In this document: positions 20,478 through 29,012 of the stretch, one piece after another
How the letters are laid out: each line of letters begins with the position of its first letter
Position numbering within the stretch: the first letter of the stretch is position 1
DNA from: a bacterium
GTDB lineage: Bacteria > UBA8248
Assembly (NCBI GenBank): GCA_965199855.1
Contig: OZ241326.1
Location: 864,001-928,000, forward strand
DNA length: 64,000 nt
Reading direction: 5' to 3'
The notes under the pieces: generated by a model
Database searches by the model: none
Told to the model about the DNA's origin: nothing
The model's input: only the letters and a program-made list of their open reading frames with translations
Program-made: the position numbers and the translations under genes

Positions 20478-20659
20478 GCGGCGATCCCTTCCCGGGCGAC
20501 GGCGCTTCCCGAAGCGGATGATACGCGGCCCGCCGCCCCGGCGGAACCCGCGCCCCGCGAGCGGAGCCTGCCCGGAATCGCCGCCCCCCGGTTTTCAAGG
20601 CCGCCTCTCTCGCGTATGCTGTCGAAAAACCGGAAGGACGAGCGCAGGGAGAGACCCCG

Positions 20660-21745
20660 ATGGACGCGGCGGGCGAAGCGGCGGACGTATATGAGGCGAT
20701 GGAGGCGTATCACGCCAGGGGCTGGACGGACGGCCTGCCCGTCGTCCCCCCGACGGCGGAGGCGGCGGAGCGCTTCCTGGAGGCCGCCGGGCTGGAGGCG
20801 GAGGACGCCGTATTCCATCTGGCCGAGCGCAGGCGAACCGTCCGCGCCGGGAAGGTGGCGCTCAACGCCGTCATGGCGGGGTGCCTGCCCGCCTACATGC
20901 CGGTGATTCTCGCGGCGCTCGAGGCGATGGCCGATCCGGCCTACAACCTGCATTCCAGCGCCACCAGCACGGGCGGCGCCGCCCCCTTCATGGTCGTCAA
21001 CGGCCCGGTTCGCCGCGAGATCGGCCTCAACATGGGGGGGAACATCTACGGGCCGGGCAGCCGCGCGGGCGCGACCATAGGCCGCGCGCTCCGGCTCGTC
21101 ATCATCAACTGCCTGGGCTCGAAGCCGGGGCTTCTGGATCGCTCCACCCAGGGGAATCCGGGCAAATACAGCTTCACCTTCGCCGAATGGGAGGAGAAGA
21201 GCCCTTGGGAGCCGCTGAGCGCGGACCTGGGCCATCCCGCCGGAGCGAGCGCGGTGACCCTCCTCGCCGCCGAGGGGCCGCACAACATCCAGAACCACTA
21301 CGGGCGGGGGCTGGGGATAGCCCGCACCGCCGCGGCCACCATGGCGGGGCTGGGCAGCATGAGCGAGGGACAGTCCTTCTTCGTGTTCGCTCCCGAGCAC
21401 GCGCACCTTCTGGCGGAGGAATTTCCGACGAAGAGGGCGCTCCGGGAGTATCTCTTCGAGAACGCGACCCTCCCCCTCGACCTCCTGCTCGAGACGGGCA
21501 AAATCGACAGGCCCGTCGCCGCCGATGAAAAGGGCCGCGTGCGCCACGCCCTCGCGCCGGAGGACATCCACGTCGTCGTGGCGGGAGGCGAGGCGGGCGG
21601 GCACTCCTCCTGGGTGCCCTCCTGGAGCAGGCGGCGAAACGGCGAGGCGGTCACCCGCCCGGTGCTGGGCGCGGAGGCGCGGCGCGCGCTGAAGAAGCAA
21701 GGCCGCCCCATGGGGGATGAACGCAGGGGAGGGAGCATCGAATGA
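20660..21745 (+). CDS. Conserved protein associated with UGSC (seleno)proteins
   Basis: GWTDGLPVVPPT, NAVMAGC, VNGP, ATIGRA, GNPGKY, VVVAGG; ATGA overlap with next gene. Confidence 0.75.
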   Translation: MDAAGEAADVYEAMEAYHARGWTDGLPVVPPTAEAAERFLEAAGLEAEDAVFHLAERRRTVRAGKVALNAVMAGCLPAYMPVILAALEAMADPAYNLHSSATSTGGAAPFMVVNGPVRREIGLNMGGNIYGPGSRAGATIGRALRLVIINCLGSKPGLLDRSTQGNPGKYSFTFAEWEEKSPWEPLSADLGHPAGASAVTLLAAEGPHNIQNHYGRGLGIARTAAATMAGLGSMSEGQSFFVFAPEHAHLLAEEFPTKRALREYLFENATLPLDLLLETGKIDRPVAADEKGRVRHALAPEDIHVVVAGGEAGGHSSWVPSWSRRRNGEAVTRPVLGAEARRALKKQGRPMGDERRGGSIE

Positions 21746-22275
21746 ACCCGGCGATACCGATTTACGACCCGACCGTGGAGCCCGAGACCGAGGCGGGCGA
21801 GCGCCCGCGCCGGGACGGCGCGCTGGCGGGCAGGCGCATCGGCCTGCTCTGGAACTCCAAGGCGGGCGGCGACAAACTGATGCGCTACGCGCTGGAGGAG
21901 CTCCGGGCGGACGGGGCGGACCCCGCCCTCGCCATCGAGCTCTCCAAGGAATACGACACCCGGCCGGCGCGGCCCGAGGTCTATGCCGAAATGGCCGAGC
22001 GGTGCGACCTCGCCATCACCGCGGTGGGCGACTGAGGCTCCTGCTCCTCGTGCAGTGTGCACGACGGAATCGAGCTGGAGAAGAGGGGCGTCCCCACCGC
22101 CGTCATCTGCACCGAGCCCTTCCGGCCCACGGTCGAGATGGTCGCCAGGGTGCGCGGGATGCCCGGCTATCCGGTGGCCTACATTCCCCATCCGGTGGGA
22201 AGCCTGACGGACGCGCGGCTCAGGGAGCGCGCGCGCGCGGTCGCCCCCGAAATCCGGGCGCTCCTCACGGGCTGA
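21742..22275 (+). CDS. UGSC-family selenoprotein (Sec at TGA 22033-22035, residue 98)
   Basis: ORFs 21742..22035 and 22057..22275 are in one frame; read-through gives AVGD-U-GSCSSCSVHDG..LEKRGVPT. Confidence 0.85.
22045..22068 (+). promoter_or_regulatory. Putative bacterial SECIS hairpin
   Basis: TCC-TCGTGCA-GTG-TGCACGA-C-GGA, with apical-loop G 20 nt after the UGA. Confidence 0.65.
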
Positions 22276-22297
22276 CGCGCGAAGCCCCCGGGGCCGC

Positions 22298-23179
22298 CTA
22301 CATCGCCTTCAGCGCGATGAGCGCCCCGCCCGCCACGACCGAGAGCGTCCCCAGCAGGATGGGGGGCGTTATGCGCTCCACGTCGCGCAGGAACATCCAG
22401 GCGAACAGCAGCGCGAAGAGCGGCGCGGTGGAGGAGAGCGGGGAGACCACCGAGACGTCCCCGTATTTGAGCGCAGCGAAGTGGCTCAGAAAGGCCAGCG
22501 TGTTGATGATCCCGCAGGGGCCGTAGAAGCTCCAGGCGCGCCCGCGCCCGAGGGAGGGGCGCTGGGCCCGCGGCAGAAATCCCACGAGGACGAGCAGTGC
22601 CGCCAGGCCGAACGCGCTGGTGAGCGTGATGCCCAGAAGCGCCGAGGGAACGAGGTCGATTCCGATCTTCCGGAAAATGTTGGAGGCGGAGAAGCCGAGC
22701 ACGGCCACGAGCGGCAGCCAGACGGCGCGCCTGTCCCAGGGGGCGTCGCTCTTCCGCCGCCAGGTGATGCCCGCGCAGCCGAAGACGACCAGGAGGATTC
22801 CCGCCCACACCCAGAAGCCCGGCCGCTCGCCCAGGAAGACGAAGGCGAAGCCCGCCGAGAAGAGCGGATTCGCGGCGAGAAGCGGAATCGCGCGCGACAC
22901 GCCCAGGCTGTGGATGGCGCGGAACATGAACACGCGGCCTATCGCCGGCCCCGTGACGCCCGAGAGGAAGAACCAGAACCACGCCTCCGCGCTCCACCAG
23001 GCGGGCTCCCAGGCGAGAACGGTGAGCGCGGCGAGCCAGGGGACGCTGACGATCAGGCCGATGACGACGCCCGTAAGCGCCGTTCCGTGCCGCTGCCCCC
23101 GCCGGGCGATGAGGCTGAACGCCGAGGACATCGACGCCGTGCCCAGGGCGAACCCCGCCGCCAGCAGCGCGTCATTCAT
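22298..23179 (-). CDS. DMT/EamA family transporter
   Basis: About 10 hydrophobic segments in two repeats; GVSRAIP..NPLF, FLGE, GDVSVVSPL. Confidence 0.88.
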   Translation of the reverse strand: MNDALLAAGFALGTASMSSAFSLIARRGQRHGTALTGVVIGLIVSVPWLAALTVLAWEPAWWSAEAWFWFFLSGVTGPAIGRVFMFRAIHSLGVSRAIPLLAANPLFSAGFAFVFLGERPGFWVWAGILLVVFGCAGITWRRKSDAPWDRRAVWLPLVAVLGFSASNIFRKIGIDLVPSALLGITLTSAFGLAALLVLVGFLPRAQRPSLGRGRAWSFYGPCGIINTLAFLSHFAALKYGDVSVVSPLSSTAPLFALLFAWMFLRDVERITPPILLGTLSVVAGGALIALKAM

Positions 23180-23310
23180 CGCTCCATGCGCCTCTCCCCC
23201 GCCTCGCCGGAACGAAACCCCGCGCCCGACTCCCGCAAGCCTCATACCAGAGGCGGGAGCGGGCGGCTATCGGGCGCAGGCTCCCGGCGCGTCGCTCGCC
23301 CCCCGGCGCG

Positions 23311-23339
23311 TTGTCAGCCCTTCTCCCAAGCCTTATAGT
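23311..23339 (+). promoter_or_regulatory. Putative sigma70 promoter of the dndC-like operon
   Basis: TTGTCA-N17-TATAGT ending 32 bp before the GTG start. Confidence 0.6.
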
Positions 23340-23371
23340 GCCTCCTCCGCTCATTCCGTATCGGGGACGCC

Positions 23372-24520
23372 GTGAGCCTGCTTCCGCAAATGGACGTGGA
23401 TGACGCCGCCGCGCGGCTGGCCTCGGCGCGCGAGGTCATGCGCGCGGAGTATCGCAAGAGGCACCGCGATCCGTGGGTCGTCGCCTACTCCGGCGGCAAG
23501 GATTCGACCCTGCTCCTCCATCTGGCGTGGGAGGTCATGCTGTCGCACCCTCCGGAGGAGCGCAGGCGCGAGATTCACGTCGTGGCGAACGACACCCTCG
23601 TCGAATCGCCCCTCGTCATCCGGCATCTGAAGAAAAGCCTCAACGCCATCCGCAAGGCGGCGGAGAAGGATCGCCTGCCCGTTCGCGTCACCCTGACGAA
23701 GCCCTGCGTCGATCAGACCTTCTGGGTGAACGTGATCGGGCGCGGCTACATTCCGCCGACGCGCAACTTCCGGTGGTGTACGGACAGGATGAAGATAAAG
23801 CCAACCGAATACGTATTGGAAAAACTGATGCTCGCCCACGGGCGCGCCGCGCTGCTGGTCGGAACCCGCAGGAGCGAATCCCAAACCCGCCGCCGCAGCA
23901 TGAAAAAGCGCGGCGTCCGCGCCGACAGGATGAAGCCGCACGGAAGCGTGAAGGGCCTGCGTATGTTCGCGCCCCTCGCCGACCTGCGGGACGAGGACGT
24001 GTGGATGATTCTCATGCAGCTCAAGCCGCCCTGGGGCGGCTCCCACCGCGACCTCGTCACCCTCTACCGCAACGCGGGCGGCGGCGACTGCCCGCTCGTG
24101 CTGAGCAAGGAGGACGCCCCCTCGTGCGGGACGACCTCGCCGCGCTTCGGCTGCTGGACGTGCACCGTCGTCAAGAAGGACAGGAGCCTGCGCGGGCTGA
24201 TCGACTCCGGCCACGAGGAGGAGAAGCTCGAGGCGCTCGCCGACTTCCGGGAGTGGCTCATCGAGCTGCGCGAGAACGACGGAAACCGCATGACGGTGCG
24301 GCGGGACGGCAAGATCAAGCTCAGGACGAACGGAGAGGTCGTCATGGGGCCGTTCCGCTTCGAGGCGCGCGAGGAGATTCTTGCGCGCCTGCGGAAACTG
24401 GAGGGCGAGGTCGGGGAGCGGCTCATCTCGCCATCGGAAATCGAGATGATCGAGGACATCTGGCGGGTCGATAGAATCCGCGAAGACGGGCGGCTGGCGC
24501 TGATAGAGGCGTGCGGATGA
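23372..24520 (+). CDS. dndC: DndC-like PAPS-reductase-family DNA phosphorothioation protein
   Basis: YSGGKDS PP-loop, DTLVESP, TFWVNVIGRGY, FRWCTDRMKI, GTRRSES, CPLV..SCG...RFGCWTCTVV. Confidence 0.88.
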   Translation: MSLLPQMDVDDAAARLASAREVMRAEYRKRHRDPWVVAYSGGKDSTLLLHLAWEVMLSHPPEERRREIHVVANDTLVESPLVIRHLKKSLNAIRKAAEKDRLPVRVTLTKPCVDQTFWVNVIGRGYIPPTRNFRWCTDRMKIKPTEYVLEKLMLAHGRAALLVGTRRSESQTRRRSMKKRGVRADRMKPHGSVKGLRMFAPLADLRDEDVWMILMQLKPPWGGSHRDLVTLYRNAGGGDCPLVLSKEDAPSCGTTSPRFGCWTCTVVKKDRSLRGLIDSGHEEEKLEALADFREWLIELRENDGNRMTVRRDGKIKLRTNGEVVMGPFRFEAREEILARLRKLEGEVGERLISPSEIEMIEDIWRVDRIREDGRLALIEACG

Positions 24521-26298
24521 GTATCTCGAACGGCACCGGGACTATCATCAATACCAAACCGATGATCTTCTCGCATCTGTTTCATACAGGAAGATTTGAG
24601 GTCCCTTGGCACCAACGCCGCTACGACTGGACGAAAGAGCACGTCTGGGAGCTGTTGCGCGATATTGACGAAGCCGTCAGAGAAAAGCGCAAGTGCTATT
24701 TTCTCGGCGCGATCATGCTTTTGCAAAAAGACGAAAGAGTTTGGGAAATCAACGACGGCCAGCAACGCATGGTGACGTTTTCTCTCATCTGCGCCTGCCT
24801 CTGCCGCTTGTTCTATGAAGCGAGCGAACAGCTTCACGAGAACCGCGCACTTCGGGTTTTGTTCAACTTAGATGTGAACAGTACCGCACGATTGCCCGAC
24901 GCCGCCGAACTTGACCCGCGGCTTACACCGCCACGAGACGACAAGACCCGCTACAACCTGATGATTCGAGGAGAAAGCATCGGGACCAACGGCAAGCTCA
25001 CCGATGCGTGGGCGGAAATTGAGCGATTCTTTGAGGGCATGGAAATAGAAAAGCATAAGCAGTTCATGGATTATCTACTCAACAACATCGAAGTCGCGTG
25101 CCTGTACATCCCGGACGACGTTGACCCAAACTCCGTCTATGAAACACTCAACTGCCGGGGAAAACAGCTCGAAGATTTAGACCTGATCCGCAACTACCTG
25201 TATTCCTACTTCAACGCCGCTGAGGAACAACCCCGCCGCGACACAGTGCATGATAATCTCGAAAATATACGCACCCAGCTTAGAACAGACGCAAAAACAG
25301 GTGAATATGCGCGATGTTATTTTCAGTGCAAATATGGCTTTTTGCCAAAGCAAAAATTTTACCGCACGGCCCGCATCAAAATCCGTTCCCTGCTGAGCCC
25401 CGAAAAGCCGGCGGATGACATCTATAATTTGGTGACCGACTTCGCCCGCCAAGAGCGAGTAGAGATTTTTCAGACAATCACAAATCCGAGTGCAACAGAT
25501 TCTCTGATCAAAACCTTTCAAACACATTCCAACTCGAACAGAACCAAGCGAAATTTGTCGATTTTCCTACAGGAACTGAAAAACTATAAAGTAGCGCAAC
25601 CCATGGTGTTCGCGTTGCTAAACCGCTATGTCATGGAATCAAACGCGACAGAGAAGAGGCGTTTGGCGAAGCGCATTCACGGCAACCTGAAACACATTAC
25701 TTCTTTTGTCATGCGGACGGCTTTCGTCGCTCCCAAATTCGAGCCCTCACACTTCGAGAGCGAATTTTCCAGCCTCGCGAAAAAGATCATGTCAGCCGAA
25801 AAGCCTGACAATATCGACATCATGCGCTCCCTAAAAGAGTTTGACGGCACTTATGGAATAATCGACGATGACAGATTCATTGACAAGATGAAGGTTGTCG
25901 AAATGCGAAATACGCGCGATACGAGAAGAAAGCGTTTTCTGCTCGGCGTGAACCACTCCATACAAAGAGACAGTAGCCTGCTCAACGAAACACAGTGCAC
26001 CGTCGAGCATATTTTTCCCCGGTCTGAGGAACATTGGCAGGGCTGGCATAATTTCGAGGAGCATAATCCCGAAGATTGGGTGCATAGGCTTGGCAATCTG
26101 ACGCTACTGGGACAAGAAGACAACAAACCGGGGAGAGACGACAATAGAGATTTCTCTCGCAAAAAAGAAGTTTTCGATCGGAGTGCAATCACGCTTACCC
26201 GAGAATTGCTTGATCGGGAAGATTGGTCTCCGAAAGCGATAACCGCCAGGCAGGAAAAATTGGCGAAAATCGCCGCAAAGGAAGTGTGGTCTTTTTAA
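24517..26298 (+). CDS. DUF262-DUF1524 (GmrSD/SspE-like) NTPase-HNH endonuclease
   Basis: VPWHQRRYDW, DGQQR, ETLNCRG; C-terminal VEHIFP...LGNLTLL...N HNH; ATGA overlap with dndC stop. Confidence 0.88.
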   Translation: MSISNGTGTIINTKPMIFSHLFHTGRFEVPWHQRRYDWTKEHVWELLRDIDEAVREKRKCYFLGAIMLLQKDERVWEINDGQQRMVTFSLICACLCRLFYEASEQLHENRALRVLFNLDVNSTARLPDAAELDPRLTPPRDDKTRYNLMIRGESIGTNGKLTDAWAEIERFFEGMEIEKHKQFMDYLLNNIEVACLYIPDDVDPNSVYETLNCRGKQLEDLDLIRNYLYSYFNAAEEQPRRDTVHDNLENIRTQLRTDAKTGEYARCYFQCKYGFLPKQKFYRTARIKIRSLLSPEKPADDIYNLVTDFARQERVEIFQTITNPSATDSLIKTFQTHSNSNRTKRNLSIFLQELKNYKVAQPMVFALLNRYVMESNATEKRRLAKRIHGNLKHITSFVMRTAFVAPKFEPSHFESEFSSLAKKIMSAEKPDNIDIMRSLKEFDGTYGIIDDDRFIDKMKVVEMRNTRDTRRKRFLLGVNHSIQRDSSLLNETQCTVEHIFPRSEEHWQGWHNFEEHNPEDWVHRLGNLTLLGQEDNKPGRDDNRDFSRKKEVFDRSAITLTRELLDREDWSPKAITARQEKLAKIAAKEVWSF

Positions 26299-26345
26299 GC
26301 TGTTGCATGGAAAGACATTTTGGGAGATATTGAACTGGAGGATGG

Positions 26346-26373
26346 TTGATTCAGTTGTCGCACAAAGTAGTAT
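26346..26373 (+). promoter_or_regulatory. Possible internal promoter before the ParB-like gene
   Basis: TTGATT-N16-TAGTAT in the 124-bp gap. Confidence 0.3.
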
Positions 26374-26422
26374 TCACATGCCAAGAACAAAGGGCGCAAA
26401 ATTATCGTAAGGGGTCAAACCT

Positions 26423-27241
26423 ATGGCAAGGATTGTCGAATATCGGGAAATCCCGCTTGATCAACTGGTCATCAGCAAGGGACAAGCGCGAGTAGAGAAT
26501 GTTCGGCAAGGAATTGAGGATTTGGCCAGGAGCATTGAGGTACAAGGACTTCTGCAACCGATTGTAGTGTGCCCGGCAACGCAGGAAGGAAAATACGAAA
26601 TACTTACGGGGCAACGACGTTTTCTTGCGCATCAAGAACTGAAAAAGGAAACCATCACTGCCGCTGTTCTTGATGAGCGCGTTGAAGAGGAACAAGCCAA
26701 GACCATCTCAATTACCGAAAATCTGATGCGGCGCAAGCTATCCGGGAAAGAACTGATCGATGGAGTCACTTATTTGCACAACAAATACGGGAGTGCAAAA
26801 GCTGTAGCCGAAGCCACGGGCCTACCCTCCAATGATGTCAGGCAATATGTGAAGTATCCGCGGCTAATACCCAAACTGAAAAAAATGGTCGATGACGGTC
26901 TCGACATCAAGGTTGCCTTGAAGGCTCAGGATGCCGCTACAGAAGGCGATGAAGTCAACCACGAAGACGCTATCAAACTAGCGCAGGAAATGCCCCCGAT
27001 GTCTGGCGCCCAACAGAAAAAGCTCGTTCAAGAGCGTAAAAGTCATCCTGACAAACCGATCGATGATGTAATCGAAGACGCGAAAACCGGCTCAAAGATC
27101 ACCCAGGTACTCGCAACCGTAACCCGAAACACGCATGTCGCTATCCAGAAATTCGCCAATGAGGAAGGATATAACCAGGATGAAGCGGCGGCAGTTCTCA
27201 TTGAGGAAGCGTTGATCGGTCGCGGCCTCCTGGAAGAATAG
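26423..27241 (+). CDS. ParB/Spo0J-like protein
   Basis: LARSIEVQGLLQPIVV, YEILTGQRR, ENLMR, HTH region, short C-terminal dimerisation-like segment. Confidence 0.85.
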   Translation: MARIVEYREIPLDQLVISKGQARVENVRQGIEDLARSIEVQGLLQPIVVCPATQEGKYEILTGQRRFLAHQELKKETITAAVLDERVEEEQAKTISITENLMRRKLSGKELIDGVTYLHNKYGSAKAVAEATGLPSNDVRQYVKYPRLIPKLKKMVDDGLDIKVALKAQDAATEGDEVNHEDAIKLAQEMPPMSGAQQKKLVQERKSHPDKPIDDVIEDAKTGSKITQVLATVTRNTHVAIQKFANEEGYNQDEAAAVLIEEALIGRGLLEE

Positions 27242-27246
27242 ACTAG

Positions 27247-27969
27247 ATGATCTCCGGTTTGAGTTCCTTGGAACTTGGGCGTCTCCGAATGTCCGTGGGC
27301 TACGGAGCAAACAAGAAGGGCCGACTTCTCTCTCCCATAGAAGTTGCTTCGCTTCTTCACAATGCGCGCCACGAGGGCGCTTCTCTTAGTGACTGCGCAA
27401 CCGCAATCCACCTTAACGAAACGGGCGCCAGTCGTTTTCTTCGCATTCTAAACCTCCCCCAGGATATTCAGCATCTAATCGACTGGGGAACTCCCCAAAA
27501 TGGCATTGGCTTTTCGACTGCCGTTGAGCTGGCCCGGCTTCAGGATGTTGACGATCAGCGCGCTGTCGCCGACTCGATTCTCTCGATCGGCCTAACCAGC
27601 AAAGAAGTCCGACAAGTCGCGCAACTCCGGATCAGATCGGGGCGCTCCATTGGCGCGTGCGTCAAAGAAGTCTTGGGAATGCGCCCAACTATCGAGAGAC
27701 GCTATGTTTTTATTGGCTCAGTACTTGAGCAGGGCATTGCGGATGCGCTCACCGAGCTTACTCAAGCGGAGAGAGATTCCATCCTTGAATCAGGCATTGA
27801 GCGACTCCATCTTCAAGGAGCATCCGGCCGGCTTGGAAAGCGGCTCTTCACGCTGGTCGGGGACGAGAGCTTTAACGAATCGATGAAAACTGTCGGCAAG
27901 GAGAACATCGAGGAGCAGCTCTGCAACCACATCGCAGAGGCTGTCGGGAATGCCTTCTCCCACCGTTGA
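27247..27969 (+). CDS. Hypothetical protein with ParB-type HTH region but no N-terminal CTPase domain
   Basis: LSPIEVA...SRFLRILNLPQDIQ...GFSTAVELARL resembles the ParB central DNA-binding domain. Confidence 0.6.
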   Translation: MISGLSSLELGRLRMSVGYGANKKGRLLSPIEVASLLHNARHEGASLSDCATAIHLNETGASRFLRILNLPQDIQHLIDWGTPQNGIGFSTAVELARLQDVDDQRAVADSILSIGLTSKEVRQVAQLRIRSGRSIGACVKEVLGMRPTIERRYVFIGSVLEQGIADALTELTQAERDSILESGIERLHLQGASGRLGKRLFTLVGDESFNESMKTVGKENIEEQLCNHIAEAVGNAFSHR

Positions 27970-28978
27970 CGTTTTGGGGAGCGGCGCCATCTGCCTCGGC
28001 TCGAAAATAGTATGTGATGGTTTCGCGGAGGGGTATCCTTTCCGCGTGCAGACGCATGTCCACGACGATCACATGAGCGAATTCAACAAGAGCAAGGGGT
28101 TTCAGGACATTTTTATGAGTCCGGAAACCCATGATCTGCTGATCGCGGAATACGACGCGGATATTGAATTTCGCAGCAACCTCCGGCGGGTCGAGCGCAA
28201 CATCGAACATGTCTTTGCCGATGGTTCAAAACTATCTCTTCTGCCCTCCCACCACATGCTTGGTTCGCGCCAAGTCGCGCTCGAGTTGTCCGATGGCTAC
28301 TGCATCGGCTATTCGGGCGATTTCGGTTGGCCTCTTGATGAGGTCATTCAGGTTGACGAACTTGTTGTGGACAGCACCTATGGAAGCCCCCAAAGCGTGC
28401 GTCGCTACACCCAAGCGGAAGCGGAAGAATGTCTGTTGGGTATTGTATGTGAACGATTGCACTATGGCCCCGTCCATATCAAAGCCCACAGGGGAACTAT
28501 CGAGCGCGTCCTCCAGGTCCTGTGGGGCGACATCAGCGTTCCGATTCTCGCGACCGAACGCCTCATTCGGGAAGTGGAAGTCTATCAGAACTACGGATTC
28601 GCTATTGGAACTTTGGTTTCACTTGACTCGGAAGCAGGCCAATCCGCCGTGAAGGAGCGGGCCTATGTTCGATTGTATTCAAAGGGCGATGGCTTCGGAA
28701 ACGAGCCCGCCGGCGGGACGAGCGTCACATGCAGCGCTTATATGACCAACGTCGACCATCCGCTTATTACATATTCAGAGCGGGCTTATGGCGTGGCGCT
28801 GTCCAACCATGCGGATTTTAATGGAACGCTCGCCTATATCGAGGCTACGGGAGCCAAGAAGGTCGTCACGGACAACACGCGAAGGCATGGGTGGGATTTG
28901 GCCATCGCCATCAATCAGCGTCTTGCGGGCGTGGAAGCCAAGCCGTCGTCGAACCTGACCGGATCGCGCTGGCAATAG
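27950..28978 (+). CDS. MBL-fold beta-CASP nuclease
   Basis: THVHDDH, HMLGS, YSGDF, DSTYG, SNHAD motifs; 20-bp overlap with upstream gene. Confidence 0.85.
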   Translation: MPSPTVDVLGSGAICLGSKIVCDGFAEGYPFRVQTHVHDDHMSEFNKSKGFQDIFMSPETHDLLIAEYDADIEFRSNLRRVERNIEHVFADGSKLSLLPSHHMLGSRQVALELSDGYCIGYSGDFGWPLDEVIQVDELVVDSTYGSPQSVRRYTQAEAEECLLGIVCERLHYGPVHIKAHRGTIERVLQVLWGDISVPILATERLIREVEVYQNYGFAIGTLVSLDSEAGQSAVKERAYVRLYSKGDGFGNEPAGGTSVTCSAYMTNVDHPLITYSERAYGVALSNHADFNGTLAYIEATGAKKVVTDNTRRHGWDLAIAINQRLAGVEAKPSSNLTGSRWQ

Positions 28979-29012
28979 GTGATGTTCCCTCACCTCCTCG
29001 CGGCGCGGAAGA

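Noticed and set aside
20660-24520. Functional link between the UGSC selenoprotein and DndC
   Set aside because: Separated by an oppositely oriented transporter gene and dndC has its own promoter; proximity alone is not evidence.
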